Positions 16,512-26,360 of a stretch of DNA of 64,000 bases are shown here, one piece after another. Within the stretch, counting starts at the first letter, position 1; every line of letters starts with the position of its first letter. The notes under the pieces are model-generated. The model worked only from the letters and a program-made list of their open reading frames with translations. It was not told where the DNA came from and did not search any database. The stretch is from contig JBJYXV010000091.1 of NCBI GenBank assembly GCA_046260155.1, positions 45,542 to 109,541 on the forward strand, written 5' to 3'. The position numbers were made by a program, and so were the translations under genes. This DNA is from Anaerolineales bacterium. GTDB taxonomy: Bacteria > Chloroflexota > Anaerolineae > Anaerolineales > UBA4823.

Positions 16512-17105
16512 TTACCTGGCACCTTGAGTTTCAGGAGTTATGCGCCAGTAACGGGAACCATCGTTTTCACGTCCCAGGTATCCGTAATCAATCAGATAGC
16601 GCCGCAATGTTGTCGTGTCAGGATGGAATTTTTCTAATATTTCATTGACTTGCTTTTCGTTGTAATCTATGTTTTTCTCGAAAGAGCCAGTGACATACTC
16701 GAGGATGGCAATGATCTTTTTTGATTTTGTAGGAATCATCTTCAAACTGCCATCGTCCCGCGTGTATTGAACAACAATTTTTTTCTGATCCTCTGATAAG
16801 TCATATCCAGACAGGTTAATTGGCTTGCTCGTTTGGGTGAAATACTGGCGATTAAATTGTTCAATTTGATTTGGATTGAAATGATAAAATTGCTGCTCAT
16901 CTCGATGGACAACTTTTACCAGATCTGCTGTTTCCAGGATTTCTAAATGCCGATGGATATCTTTTTGATTCAGTTTTGAAATCTCAGATAATTCAGTCGC
17001 GGAATATTCACCCTGGGAAAGATGTGCGATCAGGGTCAGTCGTTCGCTGTTCAGGACTGCAGCGATTATATTGCTGATGTATTGGTCGGGTGGTGAAGTA
17101 TTCAT
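16512..17105 (-). CDS. ArsR-type HTH regulator fused to DUF2087 domain (tandem paralogue)
   Basis: The architecture is the same as the downstream gene: SERLTLIAHLSQGEYSATELSEISKLNQKDIHRHLEIL and YNEKQVNEILEKFHPDTTTLRRYLIDYGYL. Confidence 0.65.
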   Translation of the reverse strand: MNTSPPDQYISNIIAAVLNSERLTLIAHLSQGEYSATELSEISKLNQKDIHRHLEILETADLVKVVHRDEQQFYHFNPNQIEQFNRQYFTQTSKPINLSGYDLSEDQKKIVVQYTRDDGSLKMIPTKSKKIIAILEYVTGSFEKNIDYNEKQVNEILEKFHPDTTTLRRYLIDYGYLGRENDGSRYWRITPETQGAR

Positions 17106-17235
17106 TTTTCCTCTCTTCGAATCAATTCGATAATAATCGAAATGATTTTATGATAATCGTGTTGATTTGTCAAGGGGAAAATGAATTACGTTCTTGAACA
17201 TAAAAAAACATGGAAACGGAGTGTAGGGATTCATT

Positions 17236-20118
17236 TCACATGCAGAATTGGCTTAAATACTGCCCGGTATAAGATTTATCTATCCTGCACACCTGCTCTG
17301 GAGTTCCGACTGCGACGATTTCTCCCCCGGCTTCCCCCCCCTCAGGACCCAGATCAATCAAGTAATCTGCAACCTTGATAATATCCAGGTTATGTTCGAT
17401 GATCACGACGCTGTTTCCGGAATCCACCAATCGGTGGAGGACTTCAATCAGTTTGTGAACATCAGCAGCATGAAGACCGACAGAAGGTTCATCCAGGACA
17501 TACAATGTGCTTCCCGTGGAGCGTTTGGAGAGCTCGCGTGACAATTTCACTCGCTGCGCTTCTCCACCGGAGAGAGTTGTTGCTGGTTGTCCAATGCGGA
17601 TATAGCCTAAACCAACATCCTGCAATGTATTGAGTTTGTTGATCATTTTTGGAAATGCACTAAACACTTCTGCAGCGGTATCGACCGTCATATCTAGCAC
17701 ATCAGCGATATTGAAATCCTTAAAGCGCACTTGTAGGGTCTCTCTGTTGTAGCGGGACCCTTGGCAGACATCACAGGGTACATAGACATCCGGCAAGAAC
17801 TGCATCTCGATGCGCAGCTGTCCCTGGCCTTGGCAGGCCTCACAGCGACCCCCACGCACATTGAAGGAGAATCTGCCCATCTTGTATCCACGAATCTTAC
17901 TCTCTGGTAATTCAGCATATAAACTGCGAATTTGGTCAAACAAGCCGGTGTAAGTCCCCGGGTTTGAACGCGGCGTGCGACCAATTGGAGATTGATCGAT
18001 GTTGATGATTTTATCCAGGAACTCGACCCCTTCCAGGTGATCATAATCACCAGGTTGGATGCGTGACCTGTTCAGCTGCTGAGCAAGTGCCTTGTACAGG
18101 ACTTCCACCATCAGGCTTGACTTGCCTGAACCCGATACACCAGTAATGCAAACCAATCTGCCAAGAGGGATATGTACGTCGATATCCTTCAAGTTGTTCT
18201 GGCGAGCACCGATCACCGAAAGAACTTTTCCATTTCCCTGGCGGCGAGTTTCAGGGACTGGAATTTTCATCCTTCCTGTCAAGTACGCAGCAGTCAGAGA
18301 TTCTTTTGATTTTAAGATCTTCTCCAATGGACCTTCTGCTACAACCTCCCCACCCTGTTCGCCTGCACCAGGTCCAAGGTCGAGGATCCAGTCGGCACGG
18401 CGAATGGTACCTTCATCATGTTCGACAACCAGGACTGTATTTCCCATATCACGGAGGCCTTCGAGTGTAGTCAGCAAACGGGAATTATCCCGCGGATGCA
18501 AGCCAATCGATGGTTCATCAAGCACATAAAGCACCCCCATTAATCTAGAGCCAATCTGGGTTGCAAGGCGGATACGTTGTGCCTCACCACCAGACAATGT
18601 TGCTGCCGTGCGGTCCAGGGTCAGGTAATCTAGCCCGACATCCACCAGGAATCCGAGCCGGTCAATGATTTCCTTCAATATTCTCGAAGCGATGACTTGA
18701 TCGCGTTCGGATAATGGCGATTTTTCCCCATTAAGTTTATTGATCCAATTTAAAGTCTGAAGGACAGGTTTTTTCGTTATGCTGATGATATCCTGATCAT
18801 CGACGGTGATCGCTAACGCTTCAGGGCGCAGCCGGGCACCGTGGCAGATCGGACAGGTGCGTTCACTCATGAATTCCGAGATCTTGCTTCGCATGTATTC
18901 TGAGTTTGTTTCATTGTACCTGCGGTGCAGGTTGCTGATCACACCTTCAAAAGGTGTGCGGAAGGTCGCCTGGCGGCCATTCCGATTCTTATAGCGTACA
19001 GTAACCTCTTTACCATTGGTCCCATAGAGAATGATCTGCATCTTTTCTTGAGGGATTGAATCTACCGGAGCTTCAAGATCGATCCGGTACTCTTTTGCGG
19101 CAGCTTCCAGTGTTTGCCAGTAATAACCACCCTCATCACGGGGTCCACTCCACTCGGCGAGCGCAATCGCCCCTTCGTTCAAGGAAATATGTTTATCAGG
19201 AATCAGGAGATCGGGATCAATCTCCAATTTTCCGCCTAAGCCTTGGCACTCGGGACAGGCGCCGTGGGGGGTATTGAATGAGAATGTGCGAGGTTCAATT
19301 TCCGGCAAGCTCACTCCGTGCTCTGGACAGGCGAAGTGTTCAGAGAAATAATATTCCCGGGGTTCAGATTGCTGGGTGATATCAAGAATGATCAAATAAC
19401 CATCGCCGAATTTAAGCGCTGTTTCGATTGAATCAGTCAACCTGGTGCGAAAGCCATTTGATTCTTCTGAATGGTCAGGTTTGTGCAAGATCAACCGGTC
19501 TACAACAGCTTCAATATTATGGTTCTTGTATCGATCCATTGATATTTCTTGTTCAAGCTCGAAAAGTTCTCCATCAACACGTACACGTACAAACCCAGAT
19601 TTCTGAATCTCGTCGATAACAGCCTGGTGGGTCCCTTTGCGACCGCGCACAACTGGTGCGAGAATCAACAAGCGTGATTCTTCTGGCAAATTTCCCACAG
19701 CATCAACGATCTCCTGCGCGGATTGACGCTCCACTTCTCGCCCGCATATCGGACAATGGGGAATACCCACCCTGGCGAAGAGCAAACGCAGATAATCATA
19801 AACCTCAGTGACGGTGCCTACTGTGGAACGAGGGTTGTGGGAAACACCTTTTTGATCGATTGAAACTGCGGGGGAGAGACCTTCAATATAATCGACATCT
19901 GGTTTATCCATCTGGCCAAGAAATTGGCGGGCGTAAGCGGACAGCGATTCAACGTATCGCCTCTGGCCTTCAGCAAAAATCGTATCAAATGCTAAGGATG
20001 ATTTCCCTGATCCAGACAGACCGGTAATTAGGACAAACTTATCGCGCGGGATGTCAACAGTGATATTCTTAAGGTTGTGTTCCCGGGCGCCTGCAACATG
20101 AATATATTTGGAAAACAT
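17236..20118 (-). CDS. uvrA: Excinuclease ABC subunit A
   Basis: The protein is 960 aa. It has two ABC modules ([25 protein letters not shown]; LSGGEAQR twice) and zinc-finger CxxC pairs. Confidence 0.97.
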   Translation of the reverse strand: MFSKYIHVAGAREHNLKNITVDIPRDKFVLITGLSGSGKSSLAFDTIFAEGQRRYVESLSAYARQFLGQMDKPDVDYIEGLSPAVSIDQKGVSHNPRSTVGTVTEVYDYLRLLFARVGIPHCPICGREVERQSAQEIVDAVGNLPEESRLLILAPVVRGRKGTHQAVIDEIQKSGFVRVRVDGELFELEQEISMDRYKNHNIEAVVDRLILHKPDHSEESNGFRTRLTDSIETALKFGDGYLIILDITQQSEPREYYFSEHFACPEHGVSLPEIEPRTFSFNTPHGACPECQGLGGKLEIDPDLLIPDKHISLNEGAIALAEWSGPRDEGGYYWQTLEAAAKEYRIDLEAPVDSIPQEKMQIILYGTNGKEVTVRYKNRNGRQATFRTPFEGVISNLHRRYNETNSEYMRSKISEFMSERTCPICHGARLRPEALAITVDDQDIISITKKPVLQTLNWINKLNGEKSPLSERDQVIASRILKEIIDRLGFLVDVGLDYLTLDRTAATLSGGEAQRIRLATQIGSRLMGVLYVLDEPSIGLHPRDNSRLLTTLEGLRDMGNTVLVVEHDEGTIRRADWILDLGPGAGEQGGEVVAEGPLEKILKSKESLTAAYLTGRMKIPVPETRRQGNGKVLSVIGARQNNLKDIDVHIPLGRLVCITGVSGSGKSSLMVEVLYKALAQQLNRSRIQPGDYDHLEGVEFLDKIINIDQSPIGRTPRSNPGTYTGLFDQIRSLYAELPESKIRGYKMGRFSFNVRGGRCEACQGQGQLRIEMQFLPDVYVPCDVCQGSRYNRETLQVRFKDFNIADVLDMTVDTAAEVFSAFPKMINKLNTLQDVGLGYIRIGQPATTLSGGEAQRVKLSRELSKRSTGSTLYVLDEPSVGLHAADVHKLIEVLHRLVDSGNSVVIIEHNLDIIKVADYLIDLGPEGGEAGGEIVAVGTPEQVCRIDKSYTGQYLSQFCM

Positions 20119-20370
20119 AGTTGATCTCTATAAATGGAATAACTCTTATGGATTATAGCACAAAAGTTCTATGTCCGCCTTTGATTACCAGGCAAAACTT
20201 AATTATACCAGCCAAGCATGCTCATCTTGCCGAGTGTTAAAGCGTCCCGGCAATTGATTTTCTTTCAAATGTGGTGTTGAATGAATTGGGGGGGTAGAAG
20301 TATGTTGAAGGAAATCTTATATTTGGAGAATTTCAAGCAGCATGGACTATAATAATATAGAGGAAAGCTG

Positions 20371-20703
20371 ATGGGTTTATTTAAGAAAATTTCTGAATAT
20401 TTCGAATCATCATCCAATGAGGATCAAGCAGGATACTGGATCTATATGCGCTGCAACAAGTGTCAAGAGCCATTAGCAGTGCGGGTAAATTTGCACCATG
20501 ATTTGAGTGTTGATTATGACGGACCACAGGGTCAAACTTACTTCACCCGCAAGACGGTGGTTGGGAAAACAGGATGCTTTCAAAGGATTGAAATCGAATT
20601 GACTTTCAACCACAAGCGCAAATTGATCAATCGAGAGATCTCGGGCGGTAATTTTATCGACAAGGACGAGTTCCTGGCAAGCGAGATGAGCCAAGAAAGT
20701 TAA
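20371..20703 (+). CDS. Hypothetical small protein
   Basis: The ORF stands alone between convergent/divergent neighbours and contains a single CNKC pair. I recognise no family. Confidence 0.35.
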   Translation: MGLFKKISEYFESSSNEDQAGYWIYMRCNKCQEPLAVRVNLHHDLSVDYDGPQGQTYFTRKTVVGKTGCFQRIEIELTFNHKRKLINREISGGNFIDKDEFLASEMSQES

Positions 20704-20730
20704 GCACATTCTCGAAGGGAAAATAGTCTC

Positions 20731-21138
20731 CTAGGCAATATCCTCATAGAGCTCTACTAGGACCCCATTTGCACTTTTTGGATGGATGAAGGCATACTTC
20801 CTTCCGTCATCTGATGATTGGGGTTTTCCATATATTAGATCGATTCCTTTTTCCTCCAGAGTTGCCAAAACCCCGTCAATGTCTTCGACTTCAATACAGA
20901 TGTGGTGCAATCCCGGTCCATGTTTTGCAAGGTAGCGTGCTATCCCGGATGAATCGCTGGTCGGCTCGACCAATTCGATTTCTAAATCACCAAGCGGGAG
21001 AAAAGCTACCCTGGATTCATGCTGCGGGACATCTCTGATCCTTCCGGATTCAAGACCTAATATATTCCATAAAGAAAGTGAATCTTCGATATGATCAACG
21101 ACAATGGCAATGTGGTTGATTTTCTTTACTTTGATCAT
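20731..21138 (-). CDS. mce: Methylmalonyl-CoA epimerase (VOC/glyoxalase fold)
   Basis: INHIAIVVDHIEDS, VAFLPLGDLEIELVEP and HGPGLHHICIEVEDI. It lies directly downstream of the mutase. Confidence 0.8.
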   Translation of the reverse strand: MIKVKKINHIAIVVDHIEDSLSLWNILGLESGRIRDVPQHESRVAFLPLGDLEIELVEPTSDSSGIARYLAKHGPGLHHICIEVEDIDGVLATLEEKGIDLIYGKPQSSDDGRKYAFIHPKSANGVLVELYEDIA

Positions 21139-21153
21139 TTGTCTATCATCCTT

Positions 21154-22809
21154 TTATACCCAGTTAGGTGGCTGGTATTCTCCCCAAACCTTCCTCAATA
21201 CTCCGCACAATTCACCTAGAGTGATGTCCATTTCAACGCATTGGATAAACAGCGGTACTAGATTTTCATTTCCTTTGGCGGCTTCTTCCAATCTTGAAAG
21301 CAGGTTGGATACCTGGATTTGGTCACGTTTTGCACGCAGCATCTTCAATCTCTCGCACTGCTCAGCTTCGATGCTGGGATCGACCTGGAGACGTTCTAAT
21401 GCGAGCTGTTCCTCGATTTGAAAGGCATTCACACCGACAATGACCTGCTCCTGCTCTTCAAATTCCCGCTGATATTTGTAAGCAGATTCCTGGATCTCCC
21501 CCTGGATAAATCCTTGTTCAATGGCAGCTAGAGCTCCTCCCAGCTGGTCAATATGCTCAATATATTCCAGTGCCTTGTGCTCTATTTGATCGGTCAGGTA
21601 TTCGACCAGGTAAGAACCTGCCAGTGGATCAATGCTGTCTGCGACGCCAGTCTCGTAGGCAATAATCTGCTGTGTACGTAAAGCCAGGCGGACCGCATTC
21701 TCCGTTGGCAACCAGAGAGCTTCATCCATGCTGTTGGTGTGCAAGGATTGGGTGCCCCCTAAAACGGCTGCCAGAGCTTGAAAGGCGACCCGGACTGCAT
21801 TATTTTCCGGTTGCTGGGCTGTTAAAGTTGATCCACCGGTTTGCGTGTGGAAGCGCAATTTCATCGCCGAAGTATTTTCTGCACCAAATCTCTCCGCCAT
21901 CAAACGAGCCCAAATTCGCCTGGCTGCCCGATATTTGGCAATCTCTTCCAAGAAATTGTTGTGTGCGTTGAAGAAAAATGATATCTGCCTGGCGAATTCA
22001 TCCACGTCAAGACCGGATTTGATGGCAGCCTCGACATATGCAATTGCATTGGCTATCGTGAAGGCTACCTCCTGGACAGCTGTTGAACCAGCTTCTCTGA
22101 TATGGTATCCAGAGATGCTGATCGTATTCCAGCGAGGAATTTCCTGCTCACAAAAGGAGAATACGTCTGTGATCAAACGCATCGAAGGAACCGGAGGAAA
22201 TATGTAGGTTCCCCGAGCAATGTACTCTTTTAATATATCATTCTGGATCGTGCCTCGCAGGTGACCGATTTCAACGCCCTGTTTCTTCCCAACTGCAATG
22301 TACATGGCAAGCAGGATTGCAGCTGGAGCATTAATGGTCATACTGGTTGAAACTTTATCCAAGGGAATCTCACGAAACAAAGTCTCCATGTCATCGAGGC
22401 ATGATATTGCCACCCCGACTTTACCAACTTCCCCATGCGCTAATGGGTCGTCTGAATCGTAGCCAATTTGTGTTGGCAGGTCGAACGCAACTGAAAGACC
22501 GGTTTGTCCTTGTTTCAGCAGGTAGTGGTAGCGCTGGTTTGACTCTTCTGCGGATGCATATCCCGCGTACTGCCGCATCGTCCACAATCGGCCCCGGTAC
22601 ATCGTTGGTTGAACACCGCGCGTGAAGGGGTATCCACCAGGAAATCCAAGCTGCTTTAAATACTCCAGTCGCTGACTTCCAGGAGATAAGATTGCAGGAA
22701 TGGGGATACCTGAAGGGGAATTAAATTCAGTTTTGCGTTCAGGAAATTTTTTTCTTGCAGGTAATAATACTTCCTCTTCCCACCGGTTTTGCTCAGATTC
22801 AAGGGACAT
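21154..22809 (-). CDS. Methylmalonyl-CoA (acyl-CoA) mutase, large catalytic subunit only
   Basis: [43 protein letters not shown] and [19 protein letters not shown]. The protein is 551 aa with no B12-binding domain. Confidence 0.9.
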   Translation of the reverse strand: MSLESEQNRWEEEVLLPARKKFPERKTEFNSPSGIPIPAILSPGSQRLEYLKQLGFPGGYPFTRGVQPTMYRGRLWTMRQYAGYASAEESNQRYHYLLKQGQTGLSVAFDLPTQIGYDSDDPLAHGEVGKVGVAISCLDDMETLFREIPLDKVSTSMTINAPAAILLAMYIAVGKKQGVEIGHLRGTIQNDILKEYIARGTYIFPPVPSMRLITDVFSFCEQEIPRWNTISISGYHIREAGSTAVQEVAFTIANAIAYVEAAIKSGLDVDEFARQISFFFNAHNNFLEEIAKYRAARRIWARLMAERFGAENTSAMKLRFHTQTGGSTLTAQQPENNAVRVAFQALAAVLGGTQSLHTNSMDEALWLPTENAVRLALRTQQIIAYETGVADSIDPLAGSYLVEYLTDQIEHKALEYIEHIDQLGGALAAIEQGFIQGEIQESAYKYQREFEEQEQVIVGVNAFQIEEQLALERLQVDPSIEAEQCERLKMLRAKRDQIQVSNLLSRLEEAAKGNENLVPLFIQCVEMDITLGELCGVLRKVWGEYQPPNWV

Positions 22810-22971
22810 GTTTTACCTCAAGCAAGTTTATTGAGGAAGTATACCGCGATTTGATCCCGGCTTAAACGACCTCGCAATAAAGACATAATCGCTAAAGTAA
22901 ATCCAGATTAATCGTTCATCCAATGATCTTTGTGCTATGATTGCGAGAAACCCTTTGCAAAGTAGATTCTA

Positions 22972-24126
22972 ATGAAAATATTGACCGTAGATATTGGCAC
23001 AGGTACACAAGATATCTATCTGTACGATTCCCGCTTAGATTTAGAAAATGGTTTTAAACTCGTCGTACCCTCTCCGACGATGATGGTCCACCAACAACTG
23101 CAGGCAGCAACCCGTAGAAAAGAAGCGGTCCTTCTAAGCGGTGTGATTATGGGTGGAGGACCCAGTCATTGGGCTGCAGAATCTCATTTGAAGGCAGGCC
23201 TTGAGATTTTTGCTACTCCGCAAGCCGCTCGATCGTTTAATGATGACCTTGATGAGGTCCGGGAGATGGGCATCCAGCTTGTCAGTGCTGATGAGGCGCA
23301 TCAACTGGCAAAGAAAATCACGACGATTGAACTACTTGATTTTGACTATACACGCATCAAACGATCGTTATCGGGTTTCGGGATATCCTTGAAAGACCTG
23401 GCAGCAGTTGGAGTTGCAGTGTTCGATCACGGGGATTCCCCACCAGGATATTCTGATCGTCAGTTCCGTTTTGATTACCTTGATTCTCGTATTCGCCAAG
23501 AAAATCGGCTGAGCGCCTTTGCCTTTCCAGCCGACAAAATACCAGAGATCATGACACGTTTGAAAGCAGTAGTTGCTTCTGCAGAAGACCTGGACGCTCC
23601 CCTCGTGGTAATGGATACAGCTCCGGCAGCGGTCCTGGGAGCGACTCTTGATCTGCGGGTCAAAGAGCGGGAGAGGGTCATGGTCGCCAATGTCGGCAAT
23701 TTCCATACTCTAGCCTTCCGGTTGGGTCCACAGGGTATTGAAGGGGTTTTTGAGCACCATACTGGCTTGATCGATCTCCAAAAATTAGATCATTATCTGG
23801 TTTTATTAGCAGATGGCAGTCTGGCTCATGAAGATATTTTTGAAGATCATGGACATGGCGCATTAATCTATGGCTCTGAGCCATTAATACTCTCGGGTAA
23901 AGATTTTGGCGTGGCAGTCACTGGACCACGTCGCAACATGATGCGCGGTTCAAATTTGCGACCCTATTTTGCAGCACCCTTTGGTGACATGATGATCACC
24001 GGTTGTTTTGGGTTGTTGGCAGCGGTAGGAGATGTATATCCGGATTTGGGCGAGACGATTCATCAATCACTGAAAGGGGCTGGAGGGAGCGGCACACCTC
24101 CCTGGGAGTTAGAATTTGAAGTCTGA
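22972..24126 (+). CDS. ASKHA-like hypothetical protein (DUF1786-like)
   Basis: The N-terminus KILTVDIGTGTQDIYLYD looks like an actin-fold phosphate-1 motif. The family name is recalled from memory only. Confidence 0.4.
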   Translation: MKILTVDIGTGTQDIYLYDSRLDLENGFKLVVPSPTMMVHQQLQAATRRKEAVLLSGVIMGGGPSHWAAESHLKAGLEIFATPQAARSFNDDLDEVREMGIQLVSADEAHQLAKKITTIELLDFDYTRIKRSLSGFGISLKDLAAVGVAVFDHGDSPPGYSDRQFRFDYLDSRIRQENRLSAFAFPADKIPEIMTRLKAVVASAEDLDAPLVVMDTAPAAVLGATLDLRVKERERVMVANVGNFHTLAFRLGPQGIEGVFEHHTGLIDLQKLDHYLVLLADGSLAHEDIFEDHGHGALIYGSEPLILSGKDFGVAVTGPRRNMMRGSNLRPYFAAPFGDMMITGCFGLLAAVGDVYPDLGETIHQSLKGAGGSGTPPWELEFEV

Positions 24127-26032
24127 CGAGGTAAATCCAGTGGACCACCAAAGCCAAACCAATCCAGTCAATAATCACGAAAGTCGATTTCTCGAAATTT
24201 TAGAGAGTTCACGGAATCCAATCCTTTCAGATGGTGCGATGGGTACCATGTTGAACGCGAAAGGTGTGAAGTTTGATCAATGCTTTGATGCGCTCAATCT
24301 TTCCAACCCAGAATTAGTTGCTGAGATTCATCGAGCTTATATTGAAGCAGGTGCCGAGATCATTCAAACAAACACCTTTGGGGCAAACCGTTTTAAACTT
24401 TCTGAGCATGATTTAGGAGACCAGGTCAACGCGATTAATAAAGCTGGTGTAAATATCGCCAGGCAAGTGGTAAGCGCATCCAAGAGCAAACTATTTATTG
24501 CTGGAGATATTGGTCCGCTTGGAGTTCGTTTGGCACCGTTTGGGAGGGTCCAGACCAGCGAGGCATCGCTCGTGTTTCAAGAACAAATAGACGCCCTATG
24601 CCGTGCGGGTGTGGACCTGCTGATCCTGGAAACGATCAGTGATATTGTGGAAATGCAGGAAGCGATCCAAGCCGCCCGCCGGGTGTGCGACCTGCCGGTA
24701 GTAGCTTCAATGACCTTCACGCGGGACGACCGCACCATGTTGGGGGACAGTCCAGCACAGGTTGTTAAAGCCCTGCATGAAAACGGCGCAGATGTGATCG
24801 GTGTAAATTGTTCGGGTGGACCTGCCCAGATTTTACACATCCTGCGCAGCATGCACCAGGCTTTACCAGAGGCACGCTTATCGGCAATGCCGAATGCAGG
24901 ATGGCCCGAAAGAGTGGGAGGCAGGATCATGTATCCAGCCAGTCCCAAGTATTTTGGGGAATACAGCAAATTACTGCGCTCGGCTGGTGCATCCGTGATT
25001 GGAGGCTGCTGCGGAACTACTCCTGCCCATATTGAAGAAATGAAGAAAGGCTTAGAGGATCCCCAAGTGAGCATCCAGGTCAATGGATGGGGGATCTCGC
25101 CTGAGACAAGCGAAATGCCATTCCTGGTTGAAGAGAAAAGTTCTGGTTTATCTCAGAAGCTGGCAGCCGGAGAGTTTGTAATCTGCGTTGAGATGGACCC
25201 TCCCCGAGGCTTATCCACTCACAAATTAATGGCTGCAGCCTCCATGCTGGCTGAAGGTGGGGCAGATGTGATCAATATTGCAGATAATCCGATGGCAAGG
25301 ATGAGGATGAGCCCTTGGGCAGTCTGCAGTTTGATCCAGCGAGAGATCGGTGTCGAGACTGTTTTGCATTTTCCGACCCGAGGACGCAATTTGCTGCGTG
25401 TGCAGGGGGATTTGTTGGCAGCACACGCGATGGATATCAGGAATGTATTCGTTGTCATGGGTGACCCGACGGCGATCGGTGATTACCCGGATGCCATGGA
25501 CGATTATGATCTGGTACCTTCCGGTTTAATCAGCTTAATTAAGTGCGGATTCAATCTCGGAAAAGACCATGCAGGTAGTGAGATTGGGCAGCCGACATCT
25601 TTCTTTGTCGGTGGTGCCCTGAATCTGAATCCGCGATCTCCCGAAAAGGAGATCAGTGTCCTGCATCGAAAAATTGAATCCGGAATGGATTTCATCCTGA
25701 CTCAACCAGTTTTTCAACCGGGCCTTGCTGAAGAGTTTCTTGAAAAATACGTAGTGCGGTATGGTGCGCTGGAGGTACCGGTACTTGTGGGAGTGCTCCC
25801 GCTTGTTAATCCCCGGCATGCAGCATTTTTAAATAATGAAGTGCCGGGAATACAAATTCCCAGGGATGTCCAGAGGCGAATTGAAGATGCGCAGGATCAA
25901 TCTGCAGAAGAAGGCGCACGCATCGCCGTAGATCTTATTCGGCAATTGCGCTCCTGGTCACAAGGGATTTACCTGATGCCAGCTTTCCATCGTTATGATT
26001 TGGCCGTACAGGTCATCGAGCAGGTTAAATAA
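24116..26032 (+). CDS. Bifunctional homocysteine S-methyltransferase / 5,10-methylenetetrahydrofolate reductase (YitJ-type)
   Basis: The N-terminal Hcy-binding domain shows DGAMGTML, GVNCSGGP and GGCCGTTPAHI. The C-terminal MTHFR barrel shows VEMDPPRG, INIADNP, HFPTRGRN and FILTQPVF. The start overlaps the upstream gene by 11 nt. Confidence 0.85.
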   Translation: MKSDEVNPVDHQSQTNPVNNHESRFLEILESSRNPILSDGAMGTMLNAKGVKFDQCFDALNLSNPELVAEIHRAYIEAGAEIIQTNTFGANRFKLSEHDLGDQVNAINKAGVNIARQVVSASKSKLFIAGDIGPLGVRLAPFGRVQTSEASLVFQEQIDALCRAGVDLLILETISDIVEMQEAIQAARRVCDLPVVASMTFTRDDRTMLGDSPAQVVKALHENGADVIGVNCSGGPAQILHILRSMHQALPEARLSAMPNAGWPERVGGRIMYPASPKYFGEYSKLLRSAGASVIGGCCGTTPAHIEEMKKGLEDPQVSIQVNGWGISPETSEMPFLVEEKSSGLSQKLAAGEFVICVEMDPPRGLSTHKLMAAASMLAEGGADVINIADNPMARMRMSPWAVCSLIQREIGVETVLHFPTRGRNLLRVQGDLLAAHAMDIRNVFVVMGDPTAIGDYPDAMDDYDLVPSGLISLIKCGFNLGKDHAGSEIGQPTSFFVGGALNLNPRSPEKEISVLHRKIESGMDFILTQPVFQPGLAEEFLEKYVVRYGALEVPVLVGVLPLVNPRHAAFLNNEVPGIQIPRDVQRRIEDAQDQSAEEGARIAVDLIRQLRSWSQGIYLMPAFHRYDLAVQVIEQVK

Positions 26033-26360
26033 CATCATCGCCGCAAAGAACAAATCTCATAAAGCATAATACAATGCGGGCGGTGTGGGTTCATCTTAAG
26101 TGGAAATTGGTTTGTCCGGTGCTTTCCTGCGAAAGGTAAGGGACCTGCTGCCGCTGGTTTGATGAAAAAGAAAGCCCTACTACATAAAAGGCGATATCTT
26201 ACTATCCCTTCCTTCGCTGGTTAATCAGGAGATGATCCGGTAAATTAAGAAAATTTCACAGGGGTAAAAAGCTGTTCAGCCCATGAATTTCACGCAGCAG
26301 GATCGCAGAAACGGTGACTGCTATGACGATATTCTTGTTTTCCGCGATAGACACCCGGCC

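Noticed and set aside
22810-22971. Expected SAM (S-box) riboswitch upstream of the methionine-related genes.
   Set aside because: I could not find the conserved S-box helices or core motifs in this short spacer.
26033-26360. 328-bp spacer between convergent YitJ-like and pheT genes, checked for tRNA or small RNA.
   Set aside because: There is no cloverleaf, no strong terminator-flanked hairpin and only 20-21-aa ORFs. Nothing here is supportable.
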